Assembly (NCBI GenBank): GCA_039000165.1
Contig: JAWBTW010000005.1
Coordinates: 981 to 64,980 of the forward strand
Reading direction: 5' to 3'
DNA length: 64,000 nt
Source: Candidatus Aenigmatarchaeota archaeon
GTDB taxonomy: Archaea; Aenigmatarchaeota; Aenigmatarchaeia; CG10238-14; SCSR01
Below the pieces are notes generated by a model. That model was given only the letters and a program-made list of their open reading frames with translations. It made no database searches and was not told where the DNA came from. Made by a program: the position numbers and the translations under genes. Shown here piece by piece: positions 47,122 through 56,051 of the stretch (within the stretch, counting starts at the first letter, position 1; the number at the start of each line of letters is the position of its first letter).

Positions 47122-50100
47122 ATGATAAAATTCCCCGCTTTTTTATTAGCTTTTCTTATTACCTTAATTTTTTTCATTAGCGAGTCCGGTGCTTACGATT
47201 TTGCAATAATAAACACAACTAATGTACCAGAAGTAAACAACATATACGAAATGTTTAAAAATTTGGGTATAACTTACAAAAGTCTTTCACCTTCTCAAGT
47301 AACAAGCGAATCTGTTTTTAGCGATGTAAATGGTATAGTCTCTTTTATAGATGAAGGTTTTCCTGTGGCAAATTCCTCTGCAGTAATCGAGTTTGCAAAA
47401 AACCATGTTGTTATATGCCATGCTTACGACTTTGCAAATTATTATTTTCCTTCTTACTCAACTTCTTATCTTAAAGTCTCAGGAAGTACAGTAAATTACA
47501 CTAAGGACTGGGGAAATTTTAGAAAAAACGATAAAGCTCATTTTCAAAGAGAAGACGGCACTTTATACATTTTTCTATCTAGCTCTTTAGAGGGTGATCC
47601 AACAATTGAAAAAATTGCTCAATTCGATGCTACAAGAACTGCTTTCTTCCAAAAGAAAGGTTTAACAGAAAATACTGGCTTTTATGTTCTTGACCTTAAG
47701 GTTACGAGAAACGAAACGGAATGGTCCGGAATTTGGCATATTTTTCCTGCAGTCAAGCTAGTAAAAAATTTTTCGACCGGTAAATATGCGATGTGGATGA
47801 GTAATGGAGTATACTGGTGGGATATAAACTGGGTAAACACCTTTACAGATAGTTTAGCTACAAACAATCCAGAAATAGTTTCGAAAATTGTTATAGGTAA
47901 AAGTCTTGAAGGTAGAGATATTAGCGCTATTCTCATCGGAAAAGGCAATCGGTATGTAATAATTGATGGGACAATTCACGGTAATGAAAAATTGTCAACG
48001 TTTGCAAGCTTGAGATTTGCTGAAATGATTATCGAAAATTATAAAGCTAGAGGTTATTGGTACGATAGGTTACAAGAATTAAAGGTAATCATACTACCAA
48101 TTTTAAATCCTGACGGATTTGTCCATAATTGGAGACAAAATGCTAGAAGTTATCTTTATCCTTCAGATTATCAAAAATCTGGGTATGCTATGGCAGTGAA
48201 TGACCAATGGATTGCTCATGGCATACCAAATAGGGCAGAAGTTGAAGGTCATAAGTGTAATATTGTTCCTCAAGATTCTAATGTTAACGGAACAGTTTTA
48301 AGTGTTAATCAAACACATTTCAAAGTTGGTTTGACTTGGAAATCTGATGGCTCGCCAATAACCACACCTACAAACATTTCGTGGAGCTGCAATGCAACAT
48401 GTTGTAATTTAAACCGTGATTTTCCACCAGGTGCTGACGCTAGCGAACCAGAAACTAAAGCTTTAATAAACCTGGCAGCAAATTATACTCCTATAATTTA
48501 CATAAATGGACATGAGGGTGCTTACTACGAGTACAATAAATATTATTATGCTTCTAATTTAAAAGAGCCTTACATGGGTTTTGCAAAAAGAGCTACTAGT
48601 TTTGCTAAGACAATTTTTACAAACTTAAAACACTGGGGCTATTATACTGATGGAGGAACAAATTATTTCCTTGGAAGAGTGGATACTGCAGCATGCTGTA
48701 ATAATGTTTTTGCTGCTTATTATGTCACATGGAAACATAATGCTTCTTCTTATCTTGTAGAAACGATTGTGTGGAGTAGCACTTATGGGGCCAGACAACA
48801 GTTATACGGTTTTGATTATTATCTTTCCTTTTTTGACGGAGTTATTTCTCATCTAGATATCCTCAAAGAAAAAAATTTTGTTATTCATAGCACAGCAAAA
48901 ATTAAGTCGTTCAATTATGATAACCAATTAATCGTTATGTTAGATACTTCAGAAGCCATTTTACCTACACAAACTGTCATCTTTCTTGGGAATTATGGAA
49001 AACCTAATTCTGTAAAAATTGACGGGATAGAAAAATCTGAAGGTGATGGTTGGGTTTATTATACTGATAGCAATAACATAACCATTACAGGAGCTTCAAA
49101 CTCAATTGTGCTTGGTTGGGAGCCAACTTACACTGCTACCTTTTATCAAACAGGAATTCCTTCTGGTACACCATGGGGTGTTACTGTTGCTAGTAATAGG
49201 TATACTTCTACAGCAAGTAGTTTAACTGTATCTGGGCTGACAGGAACTGTTTCTTACAGCTATGATGCCATTGTTCCTGATACACCAGGAACTAGATACT
49301 CTTGTGTTTCAGATTGTTCTGGCTACGTTAGCCAAGAGTATAATACAACTTCAGCAAATTACATTACTCAATATTTCTTGGCAATGAGCGTAAATCCCGT
49401 AGGAAGTGGTAATGTAGCCCCAGGTAACGGATGGTATAACTCTAGTATGTCAATTACCATTAGTGCAAGTCCAAATCCCGGTTATGGCTTCTCTTTTTGG
49501 AATGGTTCTGGATCAGGCAGTTATACTGGCATAGAAAATCCTGCGTCGATAACGATGAATTCACCAATAACAGAAATTGCTAATTTTGTTCCTTTTTCCG
49601 ATGTAATCGGTTACTGGAAGTTTGACGAAGGCTCTGGTTATGAAGCAAAAGATTCCTCTGTTTATAAAAATAATGGTATAGTTAATGCATCATGGTCCTT
49701 AACTAATTGTCTTTCAATTTATTGCCTTAATTTTGACGGTATTGATGATGTTATCAACTGTTCGAATTCTTCAATTTTAAACCCTAGCCCAACAGGAAGC
49801 ATAACAGTAGAAGCCTGGATTTATCCAAGATCATACGGTGGAAACGGCTTAGGAAGAGTTGTTTCTAAAGAAACAGGAACTACAGCAAACCCTTATGCCT
49901 TAGAGTTAAGAAACACAACCGAAGCTTATACAAACGGCTTAGTCTTTTGCATAGGAAACGGAACTTCAGAAACTTGCACTATAGGTTCAGCTTGCAACAA
50001 CATAATTGCTCTAAACACATGGCAGCATGTTGCAGGAAGATATAATCGCACGCACTTAAGCGTTTTCGTAAACGGTGTTGAAAAGTGCACTCAAAGCTTA

Positions 50101-50706
50101 CTTGATTACAACTTCCAACCAGCTCCAACAAACCTTTTGATAGGAAACAACCCCACTAACTTAAGACAATTTAACGGCACCATAGACGAAGTTAGAATCT
50201 GGAACAGAGCTTTAAGCAACGAAGAAATAAAAAGTGAGTACGAAAAATTCAAGAAAATTTTTGGGCAACTGAAAGATAAGAATGGTATGGCTCTTCATGC
50301 TAACATCACAATTTACCAAGAAGATACAGAAAATATAGTATCTTTAGTCAAGACCGACGATTTTGGTAATTATCTTCTTCATGTATTGACAGGGAAGTAC
50401 GATGTCAAGTTTAGCTTTTTAGACTTTTCCTTTTCTGATTATTGGGTTAAATTTTTATCTCTCAATATATCTTCTCACCTTTTCAATCTTTTAAACCAAA
50501 TAGGTAAAACAAACAACAAAATCTCCTTCAATTTAAATATCAGTAATGACCAATTGATTGAAATTTACAGTCAAAGTAAGCCAACAAATGTTATGGCTAA
50601 CGACAAAAAACTGACTGAAGTTTTCTCTTTTTATAACTTGCAACCAAACACTTGGTTTTATGATTCGAGTGGAAAAAAACTTTATTTGTTTGTTTTAATT
50701 TCTTAA
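47122..50706 (+). CDS. Secreted protein: M14 zinc carboxypeptidase, beta-sandwich repeats, LamG, shared C-terminal module
   Basis: Signal peptide; HGNE, NPDG, RQN, NLNRDF, SEPET, NGH, VE; thermopsin-like TFYQTGIPSGTPWGV; B-repeat-like NPVGSG...GYGFSFW...ITMNSPITEIANF; LamG. Confidence 0.88.
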   Translation: MIKFPAFLLAFLITLIFFISESGAYDFAIINTTNVPEVNNIYEMFKNLGITYKSLSPSQVTSESVFSDVNGIVSFIDEGFPVANSSAVIEFAKNHVVICHAYDFANYYFPSYSTSYLKVSGSTVNYTKDWGNFRKNDKAHFQREDGTLYIFLSSSLEGDPTIEKIAQFDATRTAFFQKKGLTENTGFYVLDLKVTRNETEWSGIWHIFPAVKLVKNFSTGKYAMWMSNGVYWWDINWVNTFTDSLATNNPEIVSKIVIGKSLEGRDISAILIGKGNRYVIIDGTIHGNEKLSTFASLRFAEMIIENYKARGYWYDRLQELKVIILPILNPDGFVHNWRQNARSYLYPSDYQKSGYAMAVNDQWIAHGIPNRAEVEGHKCNIVPQDSNVNGTVLSVNQTHFKVGLTWKSDGSPITTPTNISWSCNATCCNLNRDFPPGADASEPETKALINLAANYTPIIYINGHEGAYYEYNKYYYASNLKEPYMGFAKRATSFAKTIFTNLKHWGYYTDGGTNYFLGRVDTAACCNNVFAAYYVTWKHNASSYLVETIVWSSTYGARQQLYGFDYYLSFFDGVISHLDILKEKNFVIHSTAKIKSFNYDNQLIVMLDTSEAILPTQTVIFLGNYGKPNSVKIDGIEKSEGDGWVYYTDSNNITITGASNSIVLGWEPTYTATFYQTGIPSGTPWGVTVASNRYTSTASSLTVSGLTGTVSYSYDAIVPDTPGTRYSCVSDCSGYVSQEYNTTSANYITQYFLAMSVNPVGSGNVAPGNGWYNSSMSITISASPNPGYGFSFWNGSGSGSYTGIENPASITMNSPITEIANFVPFSDVIGYWKFDEGSGYEAKDSSVYKNNGIVNASWSLTNCLSIYCLNFDGIDDVINCSNSSILNPSPTGSITVEAWIYPRSYGGNGLGRVVSKETGTTANPYALELRNTTEAYTNGLVFCIGNGTSETCTIGSACNNIIALNTWQHVAGRYNRTHLSVFVNGVEKCTQSLLDYNFQPAPTNLLIGNNPTNLRQFNGTIDEVRIWNRALSNEEIKSEYEKFKKIFGQLKDKNGMALHANITIYQEDTENIVSLVKTDDFGNYLLHVLTGKYDVKFSFLDFSFSDYWVKFLSLNISSHLFNLLNQIGKTNNKISFNLNISNDQLIEIYSQSKPTNVMANDKKLTEVFSFYNLQPNTWFYDSSGKKLYLFVLIS

Positions 50707-50715
50707 TTTAAGAAT

Positions 50716-51279
50716 TCAACAAATTTTTTCTCCTAAAATCTCAAAAATACTTTCATTCACAAAAACTGGTACTTCATAATCAACTCTTGCAGCTATAGCT
50801 AAGGCATCGCTTGGTCTAGAATCTAAGCCAAGAATCAAATTACCTTGTTTTAAAAAAAGTTTTGAAATGTAAGTTATTCTCCAGCTGCAATTTTCTTCTG
50901 GTAAGCAAGTCTCGTTTCTTGCTTCTGTTATTTTTACCATCAAAACTTGAATCCCAAAGTTTTTTAGCATATCTTTTATTAAATCATGAGTATAAGGTCT
51001 TGGTCCTAAAATTCTTTCCATTCCTCTTCCTATGGAAATTGCTTGGTTTTTATCAACTACCATACTTATTTGTTTGCAATCGCTTGTTAGCCTAACGATT
51101 CCTTCATCTTCTTTTATTTCAACAGAGACAGAAGAAGGGGCAAAACCTATTGTTGAGAGTTGGGGCAAAGCAAAAAAAGTTGAGAAGAAATTGCTTAGCA
51201 AATACCAAAAGAATAAAATAGCCAATATCAAAATTAAAAAAATCGTTGCGAATTTGTAAAAATTCCTTTCTTTTTTCAT
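50716..51279 (-). CDS. Bifunctional nuclease family (DUF151) protein with N-terminal membrane anchor
   Basis: QAISI, RPYTHDL, LDSRPSDALAIA, PVFV; N-terminal TM helix. Confidence 0.85.
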   Translation of the reverse strand: MKKERNFYKFATIFLILILAILFFWYLLSNFFSTFFALPQLSTIGFAPSSVSVEIKEDEGIVRLTSDCKQISMVVDKNQAISIGRGMERILGPRPYTHDLIKDMLKNFGIQVLMVKITEARNETCLPEENCSWRITYISKLFLKQGNLILGLDSRPSDALAIAARVDYEVPVFVNESIFEILGEKIC

Positions 51280-51302
51280 AATTTTAAAATAGCATTAGGC
51301 TT

Positions 51303-52271
51303 TTAAATCTCTAAGATGCAATCTTCCAAATTCTTATCGTTCCTTAATCTTACAAAGGAAGGAGCTCTTAGTTGTAAATCTTTTGTTATCTCCATAAACT
51401 TTACTTCACATATTAGCTTGGGCTTAACCCAGTTTACTATTAAATCAGAAGGAAGTTTTGGTTTTTCTTCTAAAGGGCATTCGTCTATTCTTAATTTTTT
51501 CAACTCTTCTGTAAGCTCAGCATATCCTTTTTCATCTAGGCCTGTTCCACATCTTCCTACATACTTTAATTTTCCTTGATGGAAACAAGCTAAGACCAAA
51601 GCTCCGAAGTATTTTTCACGCCAACCTTCACCTTTTGTATATCCTACAATAATACAATCTAAAGTTTTTAAGAACTTTATTTTCAACCAATTTTTACTTC
51701 TTTTTCCTATTTCATACTTTGAATCTAGGCGTTTTGCCATTATCCCTTCCAAACCCTTTTCCTTGGCTTTCTCAAAAAGATCTTTTCCTCTGCCAATTAT
51801 ATAGCTTGAAAGCATTATTCTTTGATTTTCTTTAACAATACTCTCCAGAATCCTTTTTCTTTCAATCAAAGGCTTATCAACTAAATCTTTTCCGTCTAAA
51901 TGTAAAATATCAAAAACAACGTAAGTAGCTGGCATGATTTCAGATAAAAGCTTAATTCTTAGTTTTTCTCCAACATGCTCTCTTGTCTGCAAAGCAAAAA
52001 AATCTGGCTTACCTTTTTTAAAGACAACTATTTCCCCGTCTAGCACAACTCTTTTTGCGTTTATGTTTTCATAAATTTTAAGAAGTTCAGGATAGTTTGA
52101 CTGGAAGAACTTAAGCCTTCTGTTGAGAAACCTCACTTCCTTTTTTTCTTTATCTATATAAGCTATAGTTCTTGTACCATCTAGCTTAATCTCAAAACAG
52201 AATTCGTCAGAATCAAAAGGTTCTGATATATAAGCAAGCATTGGTTTTATTATTTGGTCGAAAAGTGTCAT
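51303..52271 (-). CDS. ligD: ATP-dependent DNA ligase, stand-alone LigD-type ligase domain
   Basis: IKPMLA, EIKLDGTR (motif I), LDGEIV, VFDIL, EGIMAK, WLKIK, OB domain GRCGTG, LRAPSF..LRNDK; adjacent to Ku. Confidence 0.92.
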   Translation of the reverse strand: MTLFDQIIKPMLAYISEPFDSDEFCFEIKLDGTRTIAYIDKEKKEVRFLNRRLKFFQSNYPELLKIYENINAKRVVLDGEIVVFKKGKPDFFALQTREHVGEKLRIKLLSEIMPATYVVFDILHLDGKDLVDKPLIERKRILESIVKENQRIMLSSYIIGRGKDLFEKAKEKGLEGIMAKRLDSKYEIGKRSKNWLKIKFLKTLDCIIVGYTKGEGWREKYFGALVLACFHQGKLKYVGRCGTGLDEKGYAELTEELKKLRIDECPLEEKPKLPSDLIVNWVKPKLICEVKFMEITKDLQLRAPSFVRLRNDKNLEDCILEI

Positions 52272-52358
52272 AATTAGATTTTATAAAAGAAATAATTTCT
52301 TTTCTTCTTTTTAAATCTCAAAACTCTGGAAAATTGGATTGGGTAAATTATCCAAAGT

Positions 52359-53165
52359 TCATCTACTATTCACTTCTTTCTTTTCCTCTTTCTTCTTTTT
52401 CACAGTTTCTATACTAGCTTTTAAAGCTTCTACAAGCTCCTTGGTTTCAGGAATTTTTTCCTCCTTAACTTCAATTTCCTTTCCTTCTGCTCTTGCTTTT
52501 ATCAGTTTCATAAGTTCTTCTGTGTAATTATCCTTAAACTTCGAAGCATCAAATTCTGATTCAGTTAACTTTGAAATTAAGGCTTGGGCTAGCTTAAGTT
52601 CCTCTTCTCTTACAGTTACTAAATTCTTAAGCTCGCTTATCTCTTCTATGTCCTTTATTTCTCCCAAGTAATGTAGAATGTGCATTACCAAACCCTTTTT
52701 AAAAGCTCTTATCGCAACCAAATATTCTTTATTTCTTATGACGACCTTCCCTATTGCAACTTTGTTCGTAATTCTTAGGGCTTCGACAAAAAGAGAGTAA
52801 GCTTTTATTCCTGTTTCTTCAGGGGCAATGTAATAGCTTTTTTCCAAGAATATCGGGTCTATTTGAGAAGCATCTACAAATTCTTGAATTTCTATAGCTT
52901 TAGTTGTTTTAAGCCTGAGCTTTTCCAGGTCTTCCTTTTTAATTATTACATACTGATCCTTAGCTATTTTGTATCCTTTTTCGATATCCTCATATGCAAC
53001 TTCTTTCTCGCATTTTGGACACCATCTCTTATAAACTAAAGGAGTTCCGCATTCTTTATGTAAATTATTAAAAGAAATTACTCTACTTTCTGTTGCCTTA
53101 TAAATCTTTATCGGAATGTTTACCAAGCCAAAAGATATGCTTCCTGAAAATATTGCTCTTGTCAT
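52359..53165 (-). CDS. ku: Prokaryotic Ku (NHEJ DNA end-binding protein)
   Basis: RAIFSGSISFGLVNIPIKIYKAT, IEKGY, IDPIFLEKSYY, FKDNY, LVEALKASI. Confidence 0.96.
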   Translation of the reverse strand: MTRAIFSGSISFGLVNIPIKIYKATESRVISFNNLHKECGTPLVYKRWCPKCEKEVAYEDIEKGYKIAKDQYVIIKKEDLEKLRLKTTKAIEIQEFVDASQIDPIFLEKSYYIAPEETGIKAYSLFVEALRITNKVAIGKVVIRNKEYLVAIRAFKKGLVMHILHYLGEIKDIEEISELKNLVTVREEELKLAQALISKLTESEFDASKFKDNYTEELMKLIKARAEGKEIEVKEEKIPETKELVEALKASIETVKKKKEEKKEVNSR

Positions 53166-53181
53166 AACACCACAATTTATT

Positions 53182-54279
53182 TTATGTTATGTAATTTAAA
53201 TCTAACTTTTTTGCATAATTTATAACTTCCTTAAACTCTTCTTGAGTAATATTTCTATTTATATCAATCTGCTCCAAGGCCTTAAATTCTGGCCTGTATT
53301 GGTCCATTATGTTTACTACACATTTATCCTTGATGTTCTTTGCAATCCATTCTAATACTGGCTTGCTACAGCACTCAACATGGTTTGGTAAAATTAAGTG
53401 TCTAACAGTTACTTCAGCTTGGTTTGCAGCTATCAAATGGTTTCTAGATACTACTTCAAAATAATTCTTTACCTTTGATAACCTTAAGGCGCACTCATCA
53501 TTTCCGTACTTAAAGTCTGGTAAGTATAAGTCAACCACACCTTCAAGAATTTTCATAGTCTTTTCGCTCATGTAAAAGTTAGAGTTCCAAACAACTGGAA
53601 CATTAGCGTTACAATACTTCAAACTTTCAAGGATTGTTAAAAGGTTAGGCGTAGGCTCTCCACCAACAAAGTTAACGTTTCTACATCCTTGTTCCCTTCT
53701 TTTTTCCATAATTCTTGCCAAATTCTTTGGTACAATTAAATAACCTTGCTCGAGCCATTGACTTATAGTATAGTTTTGACAATACACACAATGAAAGTTA
53801 CAACCCATGAAGAAAATTGTATGGCTAGGAGTAATATGGGCTTCCTCTCCTAGATGAATACTCTCGGAAGAAATCAAGGCTTCCTTGCCAACTTTACAAT
53901 TGCCTTTTTTTCCTCTAATTCTGTTAACTTTACACTTTCTTTCACATAGTTCGCAAGTTTCCATCATTTCTCTTGTGAGCATAATTTTCAAGTCAATCAA
54001 AGAATACCTAGGTATTTCTAGTTCTTTCAACTTAAGCTTCTCCCTATCACAAGCTTCTCTTATCTCGTAAAACTTTTTCATAAGCTCAGAATGAATTTTC
54101 CAAAGTTCTTCTGAGCTTAAACTTTTTTCAAATTCAAAAACTATTCTTCTTGCAATTTGAAAATTGGCCCAGGCTTGATCTTCAACTGTTTTAACGTATC
54201 TCGGCAAGATTTTTTTAATTAAAGGTTCTTCTAGGGCTCTTGCTGCATCTGGTCTTATGAGATAAAAGTAGCTAACCAT
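53182..54279 (-). CDS. Radical SAM protein, PflX-like
   Basis: CELCERKCKVNR, HLGEE, GCNFHCVYCQN, VGGEPTP, PDFKYGND, VRHLILP. Confidence 0.92.
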   Translation of the reverse strand: MVSYFYLIRPDAARALEEPLIKKILPRYVKTVEDQAWANFQIARRIVFEFEKSLSSEELWKIHSELMKKFYEIREACDREKLKLKELEIPRYSLIDLKIMLTREMMETCELCERKCKVNRIRGKKGNCKVGKEALISSESIHLGEEAHITPSHTIFFMGCNFHCVYCQNYTISQWLEQGYLIVPKNLARIMEKRREQGCRNVNFVGGEPTPNLLTILESLKYCNANVPVVWNSNFYMSEKTMKILEGVVDLYLPDFKYGNDECALRLSKVKNYFEVVSRNHLIAANQAEVTVRHLILPNHVECCSKPVLEWIAKNIKDKCVVNIMDQYRPEFKALEQIDINRNITQEEFKEVINYAKKLDLNYIT

Positions 54280-54289
54280 AATTATTCTT

Positions 54290-55909
54290 TTATAAACAAG
54301 CTTTAATTAATCCATCGAAAAGCGGAGCAGGTTTTAAAGGTCTTGACTTGAATTCTGGATGGGCTTGAGTCGCAACAAAATATTTATGATTTGGTAGTTC
54401 TATAAATTCAACAAGCTTTTTATCCGGAGAAAGACCAGAAAATACTAGACCATTTTTCTGTAAGATTTCGTGGAACTTTGGGTTTACCTCATACCTATGC
54501 CTATGTCTTTCAGTGATTCTTTCCTTCTGCCCGTAAAGCTTCCAAACTAAACTACCTTTTTTGAGAATAGCTGGATAAGCGCCTAGCCTCATGCTTGCCC
54601 CATACCTTGATTCTTTAAGTATTTTTTTCTGTTCAGGCAAAATATCAATAACCGGATAAGGAGTATCTGGGTCAAATTCCGTGCTGTTAGCGTTCTTTAA
54701 ATTGCAAACATTTCTTGCAAACTCAACCACAGCCAACTGCAAACCTAAACATAAGCCTAAGAAAGGAATGTTTTTTTCTCTAACATATCTTATAGCTAAA
54801 ATTTTCCCTTCTATTCCAGTTTTTCCAAAGCCACCCGGAACTATTACTCCGTCAAGTGAGTCAAGAATAGAAAGTTTTTTGCTATCTTTTTCAAATTCTT
54901 TTGAGTCAATCCACTCTATTTCTGCTTTAGCATTATTGTTTGCTGCCGCATGTTTTATTGCTTCTATCACAGAGATGTAAGAGTCTGGCAAGCGGTACAA
55001 GCCAATGTCAAAATATTTACCGACTATACCAATTTTAACAACTTTTTTTGCTTTGTTCATTTTTTCGACAAATCTTTTCCATTCAATCATCTTGGAATAA
55101 TTGGATTTAGGTTTAAGGTTAAACTTTTCCAGTATTTTATCCCCGAATTTTTGTTTTTCAAATAGCAGAGGCAATTCATAAACATTCTCGACATTTGGGT
55201 TCGAAATTATGTAATCTTTTTGAATGCTGCAGAAAAGGGAAAGCTTTTCTTTTCTCACATCATCTACAGGTTCTTCAGACCTACAAACTAGGAAGTCAGG
55301 TTGAATTCCTATTTCTCTTAATTCTTTTATAGAATGTTGTGCAGGTTTTGATTTCATTTCACCTAAACTTTTAACCACAGGCAAATAAACTACATGGATA
55401 AAAATGACTTTTTCTCCTTCGAATTTCATTTGCCTTGCAGCCTCTAAAAACAAAACATTTTCATAATCTCCTACAACACCACCAATTTCAACCAAAACAA
55501 AATCTGCTCTTGTTTTTTTAGCGATATTTTTAATTCTTTTTTTTATTTCATCTGTTATGTGAGGAATAGGTTGAACAGTTTTTCCCAAATATTCTCCTCT
55601 TCTCTCCTTTTCTATGACAGTATAGTAAATTTGTCCAGTGGTTATGTTATGTTCTTTGCTTATGTTTGCATCTAAAAATCTTTCATAATGTCCTAAATCT
55701 TGATCTATTTCCCCGCCATCTTCTGTTACCCACACTTCACCATGCTCAGTAGGTCTTAAGGTGCCTGCATCCATGTTAATGTAAGGGTCTATTTTAATGG
55801 CTGTAGCAGTATAACCTTTCAACTGCAAAACTTTTCCTATGGAAGCTGTTGTTATCCCTTTTCCTAAGCCAGAAATTACTCCACCTGTTATGAAGATATA
55901 ATTACTCAT
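54290..55909 (-). CDS. pyrG: CTP synthase
   Basis: GGVISGLGKG, KIDPYIN, DLGHYERF, VPGGFG, GLCLG, HRHRYEVN, HPE. Confidence 0.98.
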   Translation of the reverse strand: MSNYIFITGGVISGLGKGITTASIGKVLQLKGYTATAIKIDPYINMDAGTLRPTEHGEVWVTEDGGEIDQDLGHYERFLDANISKEHNITTGQIYYTVIEKERRGEYLGKTVQPIPHITDEIKKRIKNIAKKTRADFVLVEIGGVVGDYENVLFLEAARQMKFEGEKVIFIHVVYLPVVKSLGEMKSKPAQHSIKELREIGIQPDFLVCRSEEPVDDVRKEKLSLFCSIQKDYIISNPNVENVYELPLLFEKQKFGDKILEKFNLKPKSNYSKMIEWKRFVEKMNKAKKVVKIGIVGKYFDIGLYRLPDSYISVIEAIKHAAANNNAKAEIEWIDSKEFEKDSKKLSILDSLDGVIVPGGFGKTGIEGKILAIRYVREKNIPFLGLCLGLQLAVVEFARNVCNLKNANSTEFDPDTPYPVIDILPEQKKILKESRYGASMRLGAYPAILKKGSLVWKLYGQKERITERHRHRYEVNPKFHEILQKNGLVFSGLSPDKKLVEFIELPNHKYFVATQAHPEFKSRPLKPAPLFDGLIKACL

Positions 55910-55933
55910 GCTTTTTTGTATGTTTTACAAGAA

Positions 55934-56047
55934 TTAATATTTTTTTCTCTTTTTCCAAAACTTATCGTATATTTTTCTAAACCAGTATGATTTTGTCTTT
56001 TTTAGGCTTTGCTTAACATGAAAAAACCTTCTCTTTACCCTTACCAT
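55934..56047 (-). CDS. Putative 37-aa highly basic peptide, not in the ORF track
   Basis: Manual translation MVRVKRRFFHVKQSLKKTKSYWFRKIYDKFWKKRKKY*; starts 4 nt after the upstream pilin stop. Confidence 0.4.
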   Translation of the reverse strand: MVRVKRRFFHVKQSLKKTKSYWFRKIYDKFWKKRKKY

Positions 56048-56051
56048 AAAC

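Noticed and set aside
40479..50228. Diversity-generating retroelement TR/VR pair suggested by the near-identical LamG ends (4 of 6 mismatches at A in one copy)
   Set aside because: Two mismatches are not at adenines, the match is only 59 nt, both copies are coding, and no reverse transcriptase is in the window.
53182..54279. True pyruvate formate-lyase activase explaining the formate channel
   Set aside because: The motifs fit the PflX-like family of unknown function, and there is no glycyl-radical enzyme in the window.
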